64,000 nt of DNA from Gemmatales bacterium (GTDB lineage Bacteria; Planctomycetota; Planctomycetia; Gemmatales; HRBIN36): NCBI GenBank assembly GCA_047602475.1, contig JASGHE010000005.1, forward strand, positions 59,684-123,683, in the 5' to 3' direction. The notes under the pieces are model-generated. The model saw only the letters and a program-made list of their open reading frames with translations, had not been told where the DNA came from and made no database searches. A program made the position numbers and the translations under genes. Every line of letters begins with the position of its first letter. Positions within the stretch are counted from its first letter, which is position 1. Positions 7,948 to 18,887 of this stretch are shown here, one piece after another.

Positions 7948-9581
7948 TTCCGCCGCAGCAGGAAGATCGTCAAATCATCATCATTCTCAGTCTTCCCTGA
8001 GAACAACTCCAAGCTCGCCTTGATGGCTCGTTCCCAGTTCTCACAGGTCGAAGCATCGGGCAACGCTTGCAGGGTTGTCATCAACCGATCCATACCGAAC
8101 ATATTCTGCCGGCTTTCGTCATACGTTTCGGTGAGACCATCCGTATAGAGCACCAGAGTATCGCCATGATTCATGGTGATCGGTGTATCGACAAACTGTT
8201 GCGGGCCGACGACGAAGCCCAGCAACCGTCCAGCTGGTTGCGGCACTCGTTCGGTCTTGCCATCCTGACGACGGATCATCACGGGCGGATGCCCGCCACC
8301 GGTCATGACCACCTCACCGGTTTCAGTGTTCAGCACGCCCAGCACCATCGTCACGAATAGTGAATGAGGGTTATCCTGGGCCAGCATGTCGTTGACCTGT
8401 TGCAGGGTATCAGCCGGGGTCGATCCTCTTTGAAGAAGGTGCCTGCAAATGGTGCGAATGCCGCTCATCAACATGGCAGCGGAAACACCCTTGCCCGAAA
8501 TGTCAGCGACGGCGAAGCCCAGTCGATTGGGCCCGACCGAGAAGAAATCGTAAAAGTCGCCGGCCACCTCACGGGCCGGGTAGACCTCTGCGTAAAGCTC
8601 AAGCTGTTTATTGAACTCGTCAGGCAACTGCTTGGGCAGGAAGCCCTCCTGTACCTGTCGGGCTAGTGAAAGGTCCCGATCCATTCGGGCCTTCTCGACC
8701 AACTCCTCGTGCAGTGAGGCATTCTCGATAACAACGGAAAAGAGCAAGGCGGTGGCTGCCAGCAAATGCAGGTCATCTTCTTTGAAAGGATTGTCGTTGC
8801 CGAACCGATCGAGCACAACGACTCCCATCGGTCGACCATCATGGGCCTTGAACGGAGCACAGACAAAGGAACGAACTCCCATGCTGGCCAGCGTCTGGGT
8901 GGCATTGAAGCGGTTGTCGTGTGAAGCGTCTTCTGCGACGATGCCTACGCCTTCTTCCAGCACTCGCTTAATCACAGCTCTACTGAATTGTCGCGGGATT
9001 TCCTGATCGGCATAACGAGTTCTGATGGCACGCACTTCCGGCCGACCGTGATCATCGAGCAGCACGACCATGCCTCGATCGGCCTGCAGAAAGAGCGTCA
9101 GCAGTCGTTCGAGCAACTGAGGCAGCAAGGTCCTGATATCAAGCGTGTGAGACAGTTGCTGAGCGATCTCGAGAATCACTTGAAGCTTGCGGGCCGCGTC
9201 GAGCCGAAACAGCTTCGAGTTGGTGATAGACGATGGAATGCTGGCGGTAATCTTGATCTCGTTCTCAACCGGCTCATCCTGCAACTGGAAGCAGATGGTG
9301 AACGGCCCAATCTGAATGCGATCCTGTTCCTGAAGTGGCTGCCGACCGGAAACACGGGTATTGTTCAGGAACGTGCCGTTACTGCTACCCAGGTCTTCGA
9401 CAAAAAAACCTTCCGCCTCAGTGAGAATGCGAGCATGGCGCCGGCTGACATCTCGTGCGTCCAGCCGTAAGTCCGTATCGGACTGCCTGCCCAAAACACA
9501 TTCCCGTCCGTTCAGCGGAAACTGTTCGGTGTACCCTCGATCATTGATGACAGTCAACACAGCCATGGCGACGAAATCCAT
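7944..9581 (-). CDS. FHA-GAF-PP2C (SpoIIE/RsbU-type) serine phosphatase
   Basis: 545 aa. FHA (GRQSDTDLRLDARDVSRRHARI...GSSNGTFLN), central GAF-like region, and a PP2C/SpoIIE domain (GDFYDFF, ADISGKGVSAAMLMS, LVLYTDGLTE). Confidence 0.9.
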   Translation of the reverse strand: MDFVAMAVLTVINDRGYTEQFPLNGRECVLGRQSDTDLRLDARDVSRRHARILTEAEGFFVEDLGSSNGTFLNNTRVSGRQPLQEQDRIQIGPFTICFQLQDEPVENEIKITASIPSSITNSKLFRLDAARKLQVILEIAQQLSHTLDIRTLLPQLLERLLTLFLQADRGMVVLLDDHGRPEVRAIRTRYADQEIPRQFSRAVIKRVLEEGVGIVAEDASHDNRFNATQTLASMGVRSFVCAPFKAHDGRPMGVVVLDRFGNDNPFKEDDLHLLAATALLFSVVIENASLHEELVEKARMDRDLSLARQVQEGFLPKQLPDEFNKQLELYAEVYPAREVAGDFYDFFSVGPNRLGFAVADISGKGVSAAMLMSGIRTICRHLLQRGSTPADTLQQVNDMLAQDNPHSLFVTMVLGVLNTETGEVVMTGGGHPPVMIRRQDGKTERVPQPAGRLLGFVVGPQQFVDTPITMNHGDTLVLYTDGLTETYDESRQNMFGMDRLMTTLQALPDASTCENWERAIKASLELFSGKTENDDDLTIFLLRRK

Positions 9582-9725
9582 CCTTCCTTGAGGCCCTGAT
9601 CATACGCTTCCTCGCTGGGCGTTTCAATCTTTTTCGGATCATTCCGTCAGAACTTCCCATCGTACATGGTGTTGCTCCGATACACTGTAATTAGCCAATA
9701 ATACTCTTGATCGAGAGGTCTCTTC

Positions 9726-11747
9726 ATGATTCGTACACATACTCGATTGATCTTTTCTCTTCTTCTTTCCCTGTCGCTCCCCGCCTGGGTCATGGCTCAG
9801 TTCAACCTCGATCAGTTGGCCAAGACGCTCAATGAACAGGAAGTGAAAGGCAAGGCAGGCACCAGCCTCATCCTCAATCGCGGCATCACCGATAGCCTGG
9901 AACCTGGCAACCCGGAAACCACCAAAGCCCTTGCCCAATCTCTGGGATTCGTAGATGGCGACGGCAGCATGGCCCCGGTGTGCATCCCGTTGCCTCTCTC
10001 CACGCCCGACTGGCTGAATGTCGTCAAAAAGATGCATCAGGATGGAAAGCTCAAAGGGGTCTCGGTCATTGACATCGGCTCACCCATCGAAGCGCTACAG
10101 AACGGCATGAAGGCAGCGAAGGAGAAATGGCAGAACAACCACACTGCTTTCCAGGACTATCTCAAGAGCCAGAAAGTCGATCTCGCCGCTACCGGCCTGG
10201 CTTCAATCAACGACGCCAAGCTGACGTTTGAAGGCAAAGAGTCGCCGCTGGTCTACTTCTCCAAGCGGTTCATCCTCGACAAGACCATGGAGGAAATGCG
10301 CCAGCTCCAGGCAGAGCTGGTGAAGTTGCAGCCCACATTAACCATGGGAGGACCCTACGCAGGAACACCCGATCAGAACACTGATGCACTCATGCTCGAA
10401 GCCTGGCGAAACAAGGTCTTCACCCCCTGGGTCGCTGATCGTTCCTGGCAGAACGGCGAGTTCAGCCCGCAAGTCCTTGGCTACTATCTGGCCTTAGCCC
10501 GGTCTGCTAACTCAAAAAATCCGATTCTCTGCGACATCCATGTTGGCACCGGCAACTACCCGAACGCCATTCGCCGCTCCTTCTATCTGGCACTGGCTCA
10601 AGGAGCCAGGGGCATTCGCTTCGTGGGAGCGATTCCGAATAGCCTTGCCAAAGGCAAGGAAAGCCTGGACATGATGCAGACAGATACATGGAAAAGCCTT
10701 CGTGAACTCACGCATGAAGCCGGTCAATTCGCTACCGTTCTGATGAACGCAAAGACCAGGCAACCTGATACAGCCATCATGGTTTCCTTGACACAGGAGC
10801 TGACGGACACCAGCCCCTGGGTGCATGAGGAACGCAAAGCCATTTATCAGGCAGCCCGCATGGGAGGCCACAACATCATCATGGTCAGTGAGGAAGATGT
10901 GCAGGAAGGCAAGCTTGGCAAACTCGCCACCGTCTTTGTCGTAGGCAATAGCCTCCAGCAGCAGACCGGTGCGTGTCCTGAAAAACTGGGTCAGCAATGG
11001 TGCCAGTATTTCCTGCGTCGGCGGCCCTGCTTTGAACGAATACAACAAACCGAACACCGACATGCTGGAAGTCATGGGCTTATCCTCCGCGAGCTGGGAA
11101 AACTTCTCCACAGCCGGGCCTGCCAAAATCACTCTCGCTCAGCAGAAACCTTATGACACCATCAAATGGTCATATATGGGCAAGGAACTTGAGTTCTTCG
11201 CTGTGTACGGCAGGCTCAAGATAACCCAGGACGAGAAGCAAAGATCACTTCTTTACTTTCGGCAAGTTCAGCGATGGCACGCCGGCCATCAGTCGAAACG
11301 AATACGCGCCGGATAAGCTGGGCCACTGCTGGGTCTATTCGCGCTCCGCTGGGTTCAGGCTGGCTGCGATCAGCCTTGCTGGGCCGTAAGTGGGAAGTGG
11401 GCAGCAAACCCGACAGTTACAATCACCAGATTCTGCTCAGCCGGTTGAACGGAGACGCCGGCGATGTCGTCACTTCTTCCACCGGAGATGCCCGCTGGGA
11501 TGTTATCACCGATAACCTTGATGTAGAGACGGTTCTTTTGGAGGGTGCCAAGAACAATATTCTCGTCTGCATCAACTGGGCCAGCACGCCTCAACAGGCA
11601 TATCTAACAACCCAATTTGTACCCAAAGAATTGACACAGGCACGGAGCTTGAAGCAAGGCCCACTGGCAACGCAACGTGCCGGCGCTACACTGTCTCTGC
11701 CTAAGAAGTTCAAAGTCGATGTCGCCGACATCGTGATTCTTGAATGA
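9726..11747 (+). pseudogene. Secreted protein (possible GH42-like trimerisation/GATase-like module), reading frame broken about 3 times
   Basis: Signal peptide MIRTHTRLIFSLLLSLSLPAWVMA. The protein-like translation starts in frame 0 (9726 to ~10965). It moves to frame 1 (VRVLKNWVSNGASISCVGGPALNEYNKPNTDMLEVMGL...ELEFFAVYGRLKITQDE). It then moves to frame 2 (KDHFFTFGKFSDGTPAISRNEY) and returns to frame 0 (DVVTSSTGDARWDVITDNLDVETVLLEGAKNNILVCINW... stop 11747). Confidence 0.6.
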
Positions 11748-11748
11748 A

Positions 11749-12116
<368 letters not shown>

Positions 12117-12125
12117 TTCGCTATC

Positions 12126-12154
12126 ATTCTACCTTAAGACGCTCCAGATCAGCA
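12126..12154 (-). promoter_or_regulatory. Candidate sigma70-type promoter of rnpB
   Basis: On the minus strand: TGCTGA (-35), a 17-nt spacer, then TAGAAT (-10) ending about 8 nt before the predicted 5' end of rnpB. The consensus comes from E. coli-type promoters and is untested for this lineage. Confidence 0.3.
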
Positions 12155-12254
12155 TGATGTTCTCGCCAGTTCGGGCTTTTCACCATCATCAATGCTGTCT
12201 TTATCGGTTTCCCCGATAATTTGCTTGCCAGTGTTGTTCCTCAACTGAAAAATA

Positions 12255-13491
12255 ATGGAGACAATCGATCAGAATGACCGTGGTTTGGAAGTCATCATGT
12301 CCACCCGCCCCACCATCCTCTGCCTCACCAGCTACTTTAAAGGCAACTCCTTCCTCGAACGAGCCAAAGCCGAGGGCTGCCACACCATTCTGCTGACGGT
12401 CGAACCGAAACTCAAGGAACCCTGGTCACGTCACGCACTGGATGAGGTCTTCGCTCTCAAGAGCTTTGACGACCGCAAGGGAGTGATCAATTCGGTAGCC
12501 TACCTGATGCGCTCCAGGCCCATCGACCGCATCGTCGCTCTGGATGATTTCGACATCGAACTGGGCGCCGCCCTGCGCGAACACTTTCGGCTGCCCGGCT
12601 TCTACGAAACCACGGCTCGCCACTTTCGTGACAAGCTGGCCATGCGCACCAAGGCTCGTGACCTGGGTATCCCCATCCCGGAGTTCATCGGCGTCTTCAA
12701 CCACGATGACATACGGCGATTCCTCGCTCGTGTTCCTGGCCCCTGGCTGCTCAAGCCCCGGGCCAGCGCCAATGCTATCGGCATTATGAAAGTGCATAAC
12801 GCCGATGAAGCCTTCAAGGCCATCGATGCACTGGGGGATGAGCAATCCAACCATTTGATCGAACAGATGATTCCTGGCGAACTCTACCACGTCGATTCCA
12901 TCGTCGCCAAGGGTGTTGTCAAGTTCGCCGAGGTGAACAAGTACGCCAAGCCCCTCTTTGATGTCTATCACGGTGGCGGCATCTATATGACCCGTACCCT
13001 GCCTCGCAACAAGCCCATCATCCCTGTCCTTCGTAAGCTCAACGAGCAGATTCTCCTGGGCTTCGGCCTCACGCAGGGAGTGTCCCACACAGAATACATG
13101 CATTCTCCTGTGGATGACAAGTTCTACCTCATCGAAACCAGCCCGAGTGGGCGGGGCCAACATTGCCGATATGGTGGAGGCAGCCACCGGAGTTAATCTC
13201 TGGTCCGAATGGGCCAAGGTGGAAATTGATCGTGATGCGCCTTACACCCCGCCTGTCACCAAACAGCTACACGCCGGGACTATCATCTCTCTGGCCAAGC
13301 AGGAATCACCTGACATCTCAACATTCAACGATCCTGAAATCACCTATCGTGTCACCAAGAAGAACCACATCGGCTTTATCGTCGCATCGGAACGGCCTGA
13401 ACGAGTCTCAGAACTGCTGAACAACTACAGCGAACGGATCGCCCTGGACTATCTCGCCGTGATGCCTGCAGCCACCAAAGCGACCGACTAA
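12255..13491 (+). pseudogene. ATP-grasp domain protein, one frameshift (~13142)
   Basis: 12255-13196 and 13114-13491 are two frames of one gene. DDKFYLIETS | ARVGGANIADMVEAATGVNLWSEWAKVEI restores the conserved ATP-grasp E-x-S/N-ARxGG block if one base is added near 13142. Upstream: WLLKPRASANAIGIMKV. Confidence 0.8.
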
Positions 13492-13509
13492 CAGTATTTT
13501 TCGACCCTG

Positions 13510-14904
13510 CTACCGCCCGGTGCGCCGGGTGGGCGAGTAGAGCGGAGTGCCATCAAAAAGGTCTCTGGGCTTGATGGTAAAACCGGTCCAGGTGGTGATG
13601 GCAACGCCGTTGTAGGGATTTGCTCCGTTTTCTGTTCCGAAGTCTTCGGTCCGGGCGGCGTGCAGGGCGGGGGCGCTGAGCCAGATGGTCGTAGCCTGAC
13701 CTCGAAGCGGACGCTTGTCTTTAGCGTATTTGGGCACGTTGATGAAATCGGTGAAGCCCGACTCGCTGCGTGTCACCCAGAAGTCCTGGTTCACGAAGTT
13801 CAGGTCTTCGTCGTAGCTGCCACCTTCGGGCTGGAGTTGTCGATTGGCCCCGAACCGATGGGAGATGATGTCGTAGGCAACATTATGCCCGTGGCTGTTT
13901 TTGCGGACTCGACTGACCACCCGCAGAGTGGTGAAGTCTTCAGGCTGCCAGCGCAGGCTGCCTTCGGTAGCGTCGCCGTTGCCATTCTTGTTGAACGGCT
14001 TCACCACCTGCGTAAACTTCTCTTTCTGCTCATCGAGTACGCGTCGGCTGACCACGACATCGTTGTCTTTCGGGCCGCCCAGTTTGGAATAGGGATCGCC
14101 CAGGTCCATTTCCATGCGCCAGCAGCCAATGTGCAGATGCGTATCGCCCTGATCTTTCTGTCGGCTGAAGATATTGCGGCCCGTGGGACCGACGCGGCAG
14201 TGAATCTGACCATCGTCGGTGAAACTGTATTCCATCATGTAGCGGTAGTTCGCGCCATAGTAAGTGCCCCAAAGGATGAGCTTTTCCCCACGGCGGACAC
14301 GATCAGCGATTTCATTGCGACCGCTGGTCTCGGCACTCATCCAGCGCACTCCGTCGTCGTGTACTTCTTTATGAAGAGTGTTGGCCCAGGCGGGGTTGGT
14401 GCTGCCCAGAACTTCACCGGGAGCCACACAGTTCGGCCCCAGGAATGATTTCCGTGCCGGAGTCATATTGAAGGGCATGTCATGCACATCGAGAAAGGCA
14501 GTGTCGCCGTTGTCATAGGGCACATAGATTTCGCTGACTTCGAGCATACGCACCACGGTGATCCACCGAGGCTTGCTGTCTTTGTCCTTGTACATGAACT
14601 TGGCAGACTTGATCCGCATGACACTTCCGGGCGGGTAATAGACACGGTTCAAGGGATGAGTCAGCTCCCATTCAATCTCCCAGGCGGAATCGCTTTGTTC
14701 GGGCTGTGTCGAGTCAAACGCCGCCGCGGGGAACCCCTGCCGCACTACATTCGGGGGGTAGTTCGAGGGCGGAATCGCCTGACGGGGAGGTGGACGGAAT
14801 TCCTGTGAATACAGGTTCGGTTCATTGTCCGATCCCGGACGGAAGCCCCCCACCAAGAGTAAGGAGAAGATGAGCAGATAGAGCAAATGTTGACGTCGGT
14901 GCAT
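13510..14904 (-). CDS. Copper amine oxidase-like catalytic domain protein (secreted or membrane-anchored)
   Basis: 464 aa with an N-terminal hydrophobic anchor. GANYRYMMEYSFTDDGQIHCRVGPTG aligns with the TPQ-site block GNY(D/E)Y...DG.I......TG. THLHIGCWRMEMDLGD aligns with the H-x-H copper ligands. LHAARTEDFG aligns with the third-His block H.pR.EDfP. Confidence 0.65.
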   Translation of the reverse strand: MHRRQHLLYLLIFSLLLVGGFRPGSDNEPNLYSQEFRPPPRQAIPPSNYPPNVVRQGFPAAAFDSTQPEQSDSAWEIEWELTHPLNRVYYPPGSVMRIKSAKFMYKDKDSKPRWITVVRMLEVSEIYVPYDNGDTAFLDVHDMPFNMTPARKSFLGPNCVAPGEVLGSTNPAWANTLHKEVHDDGVRWMSAETSGRNEIADRVRRGEKLILWGTYYGANYRYMMEYSFTDDGQIHCRVGPTGRNIFSRQKDQGDTHLHIGCWRMEMDLGDPYSKLGGPKDNDVVVSRRVLDEQKEKFTQVVKPFNKNGNGDATEGSLRWQPEDFTTLRVVSRVRKNSHGHNVAYDIISHRFGANRQLQPEGGSYDEDLNFVNQDFWVTRSESGFTDFINVPKYAKDKRPLRGQATTIWLSAPALHAARTEDFGTENGANPYNGVAITTWTGFTIKPRDLFDGTPLYSPTRRTGR

Positions 14905-14980
14905 TCAGTCATTGCCTTTAGTATTCGTCGCCGCCTGGTCGGGTTTCAACGAAGCTGTGACGTTGGAGCTATCTGAATAA

Positions 14981-15682
14981 TCAACGATCATCGGCGAGAA
15001 CAGTGCCTTTGGTCAAGTTGACGATGATCCGAACCGGGGCAGGATTGGGTTCATTCTCGTTGGCATTTGCTGTGAACACGAGGCGAATGACACGGTCACC
15101 GGGTTCGAGGCCATTATTCTTGCGGTTCACTTTCATCTGCAGATATTCCCACCGCACTGCCTTCGGATCACGCCCAGCTGCGAGAGTCTTGTAGGCCGGC
15201 GATTCGGACTTCGCCATTTCCACTGCTTCGGCCAACTCATCTCGTGAGATGGGCGTATGGGCTTTGAGCATCACTTCCGGCTCGCCGAGCGGTTGGCCGG
15301 TCGTCAGGTCAACGGTGTACTTAATCGTCAGCCCCTGCTTCCCCTTCTCTGGGTTAGGGCGATAGTAATAGACATCGGCTTTGTTCACGGTTTCACTATC
15401 GGGCACAGCACGATGCGGGGTGATCTGTACGGTATATTGCTTGATCGGTTTGTCTTTCGTCGCTTTGATCTCTTCTTCGATGGCGGTCGGCTTCTCATCG
15501 ACAAACTTTGCCCCTCGTGGCACGTAATGTTCCGGAGTGGTGTGGCCTCGCAGGAATGCCTGCAGTTTGTCCTTTTGCTCTTTCGTCAGCGTTTCGGGGA
15601 CCACCAGATCGTCACCGGCATGCAACGCACATGCTGTGAAACCAACAATGGCCAAAGCGTGAATGGTATTTATCAGAGACAT
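14981..15682 (-). CDS. Secreted protein resembling copper amine oxidase N2/N3 domains
   Basis: 233 aa with signal-like MSLINTIHALAIVGFTACALHA. It has two similar halves ending in ADVYYYRPNPEKGKQGLTIKYTVDLTTGQPLGE and DRVIRLVFTANANENEPNPAPVRIIVNLTKGTVLAD. HTPISRDELAEAVEMAK resembles the HPLxxLxxxEI start of CuAO N-domains (weak, by eye). Confidence 0.4.
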   Translation of the reverse strand: MSLINTIHALAIVGFTACALHAGDDLVVPETLTKEQKDKLQAFLRGHTTPEHYVPRGAKFVDEKPTAIEEEIKATKDKPIKQYTVQITPHRAVPDSETVNKADVYYYRPNPEKGKQGLTIKYTVDLTTGQPLGEPEVMLKAHTPISRDELAEAVEMAKSESPAYKTLAAGRDPKAVRWEYLQMKVNRKNNGLEPGDRVIRLVFTANANENEPNPAPVRIIVNLTKGTVLADDR

Positions 15683-15862
15683 GCTTCGCTCCGTGTACGG
15701 CTTTGATTGAAAACGATGAAGCGACAGGCGTCAAACGAATTCTACAAGATCGACGGTCGAAAGTTGTGAAGGTTGCAAAAGTGGAACGGTTAAATAATGA
15801 AGACTGGCAGCCTGGCTCGAAATGTTCTTGTACTTGAGCAGCAGTTGCAGTAGCTTTGATGC

Positions 15863-18706
15863 ATGTCAATCACCCCAAGAGTGAGAAACACCATGGTTTC
15901 CCGCAAGAGACTGTTCCGTGGCATGCTGCTCAGCACGTTCTTCTCCGCAGTAACTCTGTCCCCGGCAACCGCGCAGGTTCCCGATCCACCAGTGGCTTTT
16001 GAAGGTCCCGACGGCATGCGCCGCATCGACCCTCGCATCGCCGAATTTGCCAGTATCTCCAGGGGGGCCAAGGTTCAGGAAGGCCTCTTCAAAACGTACC
16101 ACAAAGACGAAAACGTCTACATCGAACTTCTTCCTCACCACTTCAACAAGCAATTGCTCTGTCCCATTGCTATCGCCAAAGGCGCCGCGATGGCCGGCAC
16201 AACGCTGAACTCCGATGAGCAATGGGTCCTGCTCTTTAAGAAGGTAGGAGACAAGGTTCATCTGATCCGCCGTGATGTACACCATAAAGCCCGAAGCGGT
16301 TCACCATTGGCAAAGGCGCTCGACAATTCCTACACCGACTCGGTGCTGATGTCGCTTCGAACTGTTGGCTTGAACCAACAGACTCAGGGCGTGCTGATCA
16401 ACCTCAATGACATCTTCATGTCCGATTTCGGCGAACTTGGCGCTGGCCGCTTCGACGCCAGCCGCAGCGTCTGGCACAAGATCAAAGTCTTCCCGAAGAA
16501 CATCGAATTACAGATTCAGGCTACCTACGTCGGCGGTCGGGGCGATGACAGCGTGATTGACCCACGGGGTAAAACCATTTTCGTTCACTATGGCCTGTGT
16601 GAGATGCCTGACTCGGGCTATACGCCACGAATCGCAGACGATCGCGTCGGCTATTTCGTAACAGCCCAGAAGGACTTCAGCAGCAACAGCAAAGATACCT
16701 CCTTTGTCCGGTACATCAACCGCTGGCGGCTGGAGCCGGCTGAACCCATGGAAGCCGGCAAGCTCTCGGTGCCTAAGCGAAGCATCAAGTTCTACATCGA
16801 GAAGACTGTGCCGCACGAGTACCGTGCCGCCGTGCAGGAAGGCATTTTGGAGTGGAACAAGGCCTTTGAGAAGATCGGGTACCGGAACGCCATCGAAGTC
16901 GTGCAGCAGCGTGACGACGAGGATTTCGATCCGGAAGACATGAACTACAACACCTTCCGCTGGGTGACCAACGACCAGGGCTTTGCCATCGGGCCATCCC
17001 GCGCGAACCCGTTCACCGGTGAAATCCTTGATGCTGACATCCTGTTCGACAGCGACTTCATTCGCATGTGGAAGCAGGAACGGCAAATCTATCGCTTCAA
17101 TGGCATGGAGATCGAACCAGCTAGCCCGATACAGGCGATGGACCTCGGCTGGGGCCTCAACCACAGCTTGCTCCAACGTAACACCGGCCCCATCGGATTG
17201 GACATAGCCACCCAGGATGTGCAGCATCAACTGGCCCGGCTCAACGCCATTCGACATGGTGTATGCCAGTGCCGAAATCATACCCGCATGGAACTGGGTA
17301 TGGCCAACCTCAGCCTTCTTTATGCTGTACAAGACCCGAAGAAGCCCAAAGATAAGGACGCCAAAGACAAAGATGCCAAGGATCCTGCGAAAGAGAAGGC
17401 CGACAAAGAGCTCAATGAACTGATCAATCAGGCGATCAAATCGATCGTGATGCACGAAGTCGGGCATACACTCGGCCTGCGACATAATTTCAAGGGCAGC
17501 ACCATGCTGCCTAACGATCAGCTTCACGATACCAAGATCACCCGTGAAAAGGGCCTGATCGGGTCAGTGATGGATTACGCCCCGGTGAACATCGCTCCCA
17601 AGGGTGTGAAGCAGGGCGACTACTTCACCACGACGCTCGGGCCATACGATTACTGGGCCGTCGAATATGGCTATAAGCCAATTACTGGTGACGAAGCAGC
17701 CGAACTGAAGAAGATCGCCTCCAAGGGTCCGGCCACTCCTGGGCTGGATTACGGCACCGACGAAGATGTTGTCTTGACCGCTGATCCGATCACAAACCGT
17801 TGGGACCTCGGCCAGGATGTGCTGAAGTTCTCGCAGGATCGCATGGCCGTTGCCGAAGAACTCATCAAGAGCATGGCAACACGCATCGTCGATTCGGGAG
17901 AAGGCTATCAGCGTAACCGCATCGCCTTCAACATGCTGCTCAGCCAGTACGGCAACGGCGCTTACCTTGTCAGCCGCTATGTTGGCGGCGAACATGCTTA
18001 TCGCGATCACCGTGACGACCCCAAGGGACACGATCCCCTGGTTCCCGTCGCGGCGGCCAAGCAGCGTGAAGCGATGAAGTTTCTTCAGGAAAAGGTCTTC
18101 GACGACAAGACGTTCCAGTTCCCGCCTGAGCTGCTTCGCAAGTTTGGCGTCGAACGCTGGATGCACTGGGGTACTGATCCTGTCTCGACTGACTTTCCTC
18201 TCTACGACAGGGTGCTCAGCATTCAGAAGATGGCGATGAACCAGTTGCTCAGCCCGAAGGTATTGCAGCGTGTTCAGATGAACGCTCTGAAAGCCGACAA
18301 GGGCGAGAAGCCAGTCACCATCGCCGAAGTCTTCCGTTGTGTCACTGATGGCGTCTGGTCTGACATGCTTAAGAACGGTGATAAGAAAGATGTCGTGTAC
18401 ACCTCCTTCCGCCGTAACTTACAGCGTGAACACATCAAGAAGCTTGGCAACATGGTGCTGGGCGAGAGAATCGGTATTGGAGGCGGATTGGCCGCACTGT
18501 TGGAGCTTCTCTCCGGCGGTGGTGGCACTGTCCCTCCCGACGCCCAGAGCCTGGCTCGTCATCATCTACGCGAACTGAACAAGATGATTGACAATTCGCT
18601 CAAAGCCATGCCCACTGGCTCGGATGAAATCCAGATCGCCCACCTGGAGGAATGCAAGGAGAAGATCGCCAAGCTCCTGGCTGCATCGCTGCAGTCTCAC
18701 GATTAA
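15863..18706 (+). CDS. Large secreted zinc-dependent metalloprotease (HEXXH; DUF4953/DUF5117-type)
   Basis: 947 aa. Alternative start at ATG 15893 (MVSRKRLFRGMLLSTFFSAVTLSPATAQ signal peptide). Zinc site VMHEVGHTLGLRHNFKGS. Lys/Asp-rich insert DPKKPKDKDAKDKDAKDPAKEKADKE just upstream of it. Confidence 0.85.
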   Translation: MSITPRVRNTMVSRKRLFRGMLLSTFFSAVTLSPATAQVPDPPVAFEGPDGMRRIDPRIAEFASISRGAKVQEGLFKTYHKDENVYIELLPHHFNKQLLCPIAIAKGAAMAGTTLNSDEQWVLLFKKVGDKVHLIRRDVHHKARSGSPLAKALDNSYTDSVLMSLRTVGLNQQTQGVLINLNDIFMSDFGELGAGRFDASRSVWHKIKVFPKNIELQIQATYVGGRGDDSVIDPRGKTIFVHYGLCEMPDSGYTPRIADDRVGYFVTAQKDFSSNSKDTSFVRYINRWRLEPAEPMEAGKLSVPKRSIKFYIEKTVPHEYRAAVQEGILEWNKAFEKIGYRNAIEVVQQRDDEDFDPEDMNYNTFRWVTNDQGFAIGPSRANPFTGEILDADILFDSDFIRMWKQERQIYRFNGMEIEPASPIQAMDLGWGLNHSLLQRNTGPIGLDIATQDVQHQLARLNAIRHGVCQCRNHTRMELGMANLSLLYAVQDPKKPKDKDAKDKDAKDPAKEKADKELNELINQAIKSIVMHEVGHTLGLRHNFKGSTMLPNDQLHDTKITREKGLIGSVMDYAPVNIAPKGVKQGDYFTTTLGPYDYWAVEYGYKPITGDEAAELKKIASKGPATPGLDYGTDEDVVLTADPITNRWDLGQDVLKFSQDRMAVAEELIKSMATRIVDSGEGYQRNRIAFNMLLSQYGNGAYLVSRYVGGEHAYRDHRDDPKGHDPLVPVAAAKQREAMKFLQEKVFDDKTFQFPPELLRKFGVERWMHWGTDPVSTDFPLYDRVLSIQKMAMNQLLSPKVLQRVQMNALKADKGEKPVTIAEVFRCVTDGVWSDMLKNGDKKDVVYTSFRRNLQREHIKKLGNMVLGERIGIGGGLAALLELLSGGGGTVPPDAQSLARHHLRELNKMIDNSLKAMPTGSDEIQIAHLEECKEKIAKLLAASLQSHD

Positions 18707-18887
18707 GTGGGATGGCATGACCAATGTTACCCGGTCGTGGAATCTTCCGCGACCGGGTATGTTTAATGCACTAATAGTAGTTACTTCTTCGATACTTCCT
18801 TACCATTACCACGAATATCCGGATTAGGTGAGAGCGAAGCGGCGTTTGCTATTACGCAATTGACCGCTGAAGAACTACAATCGGTGT

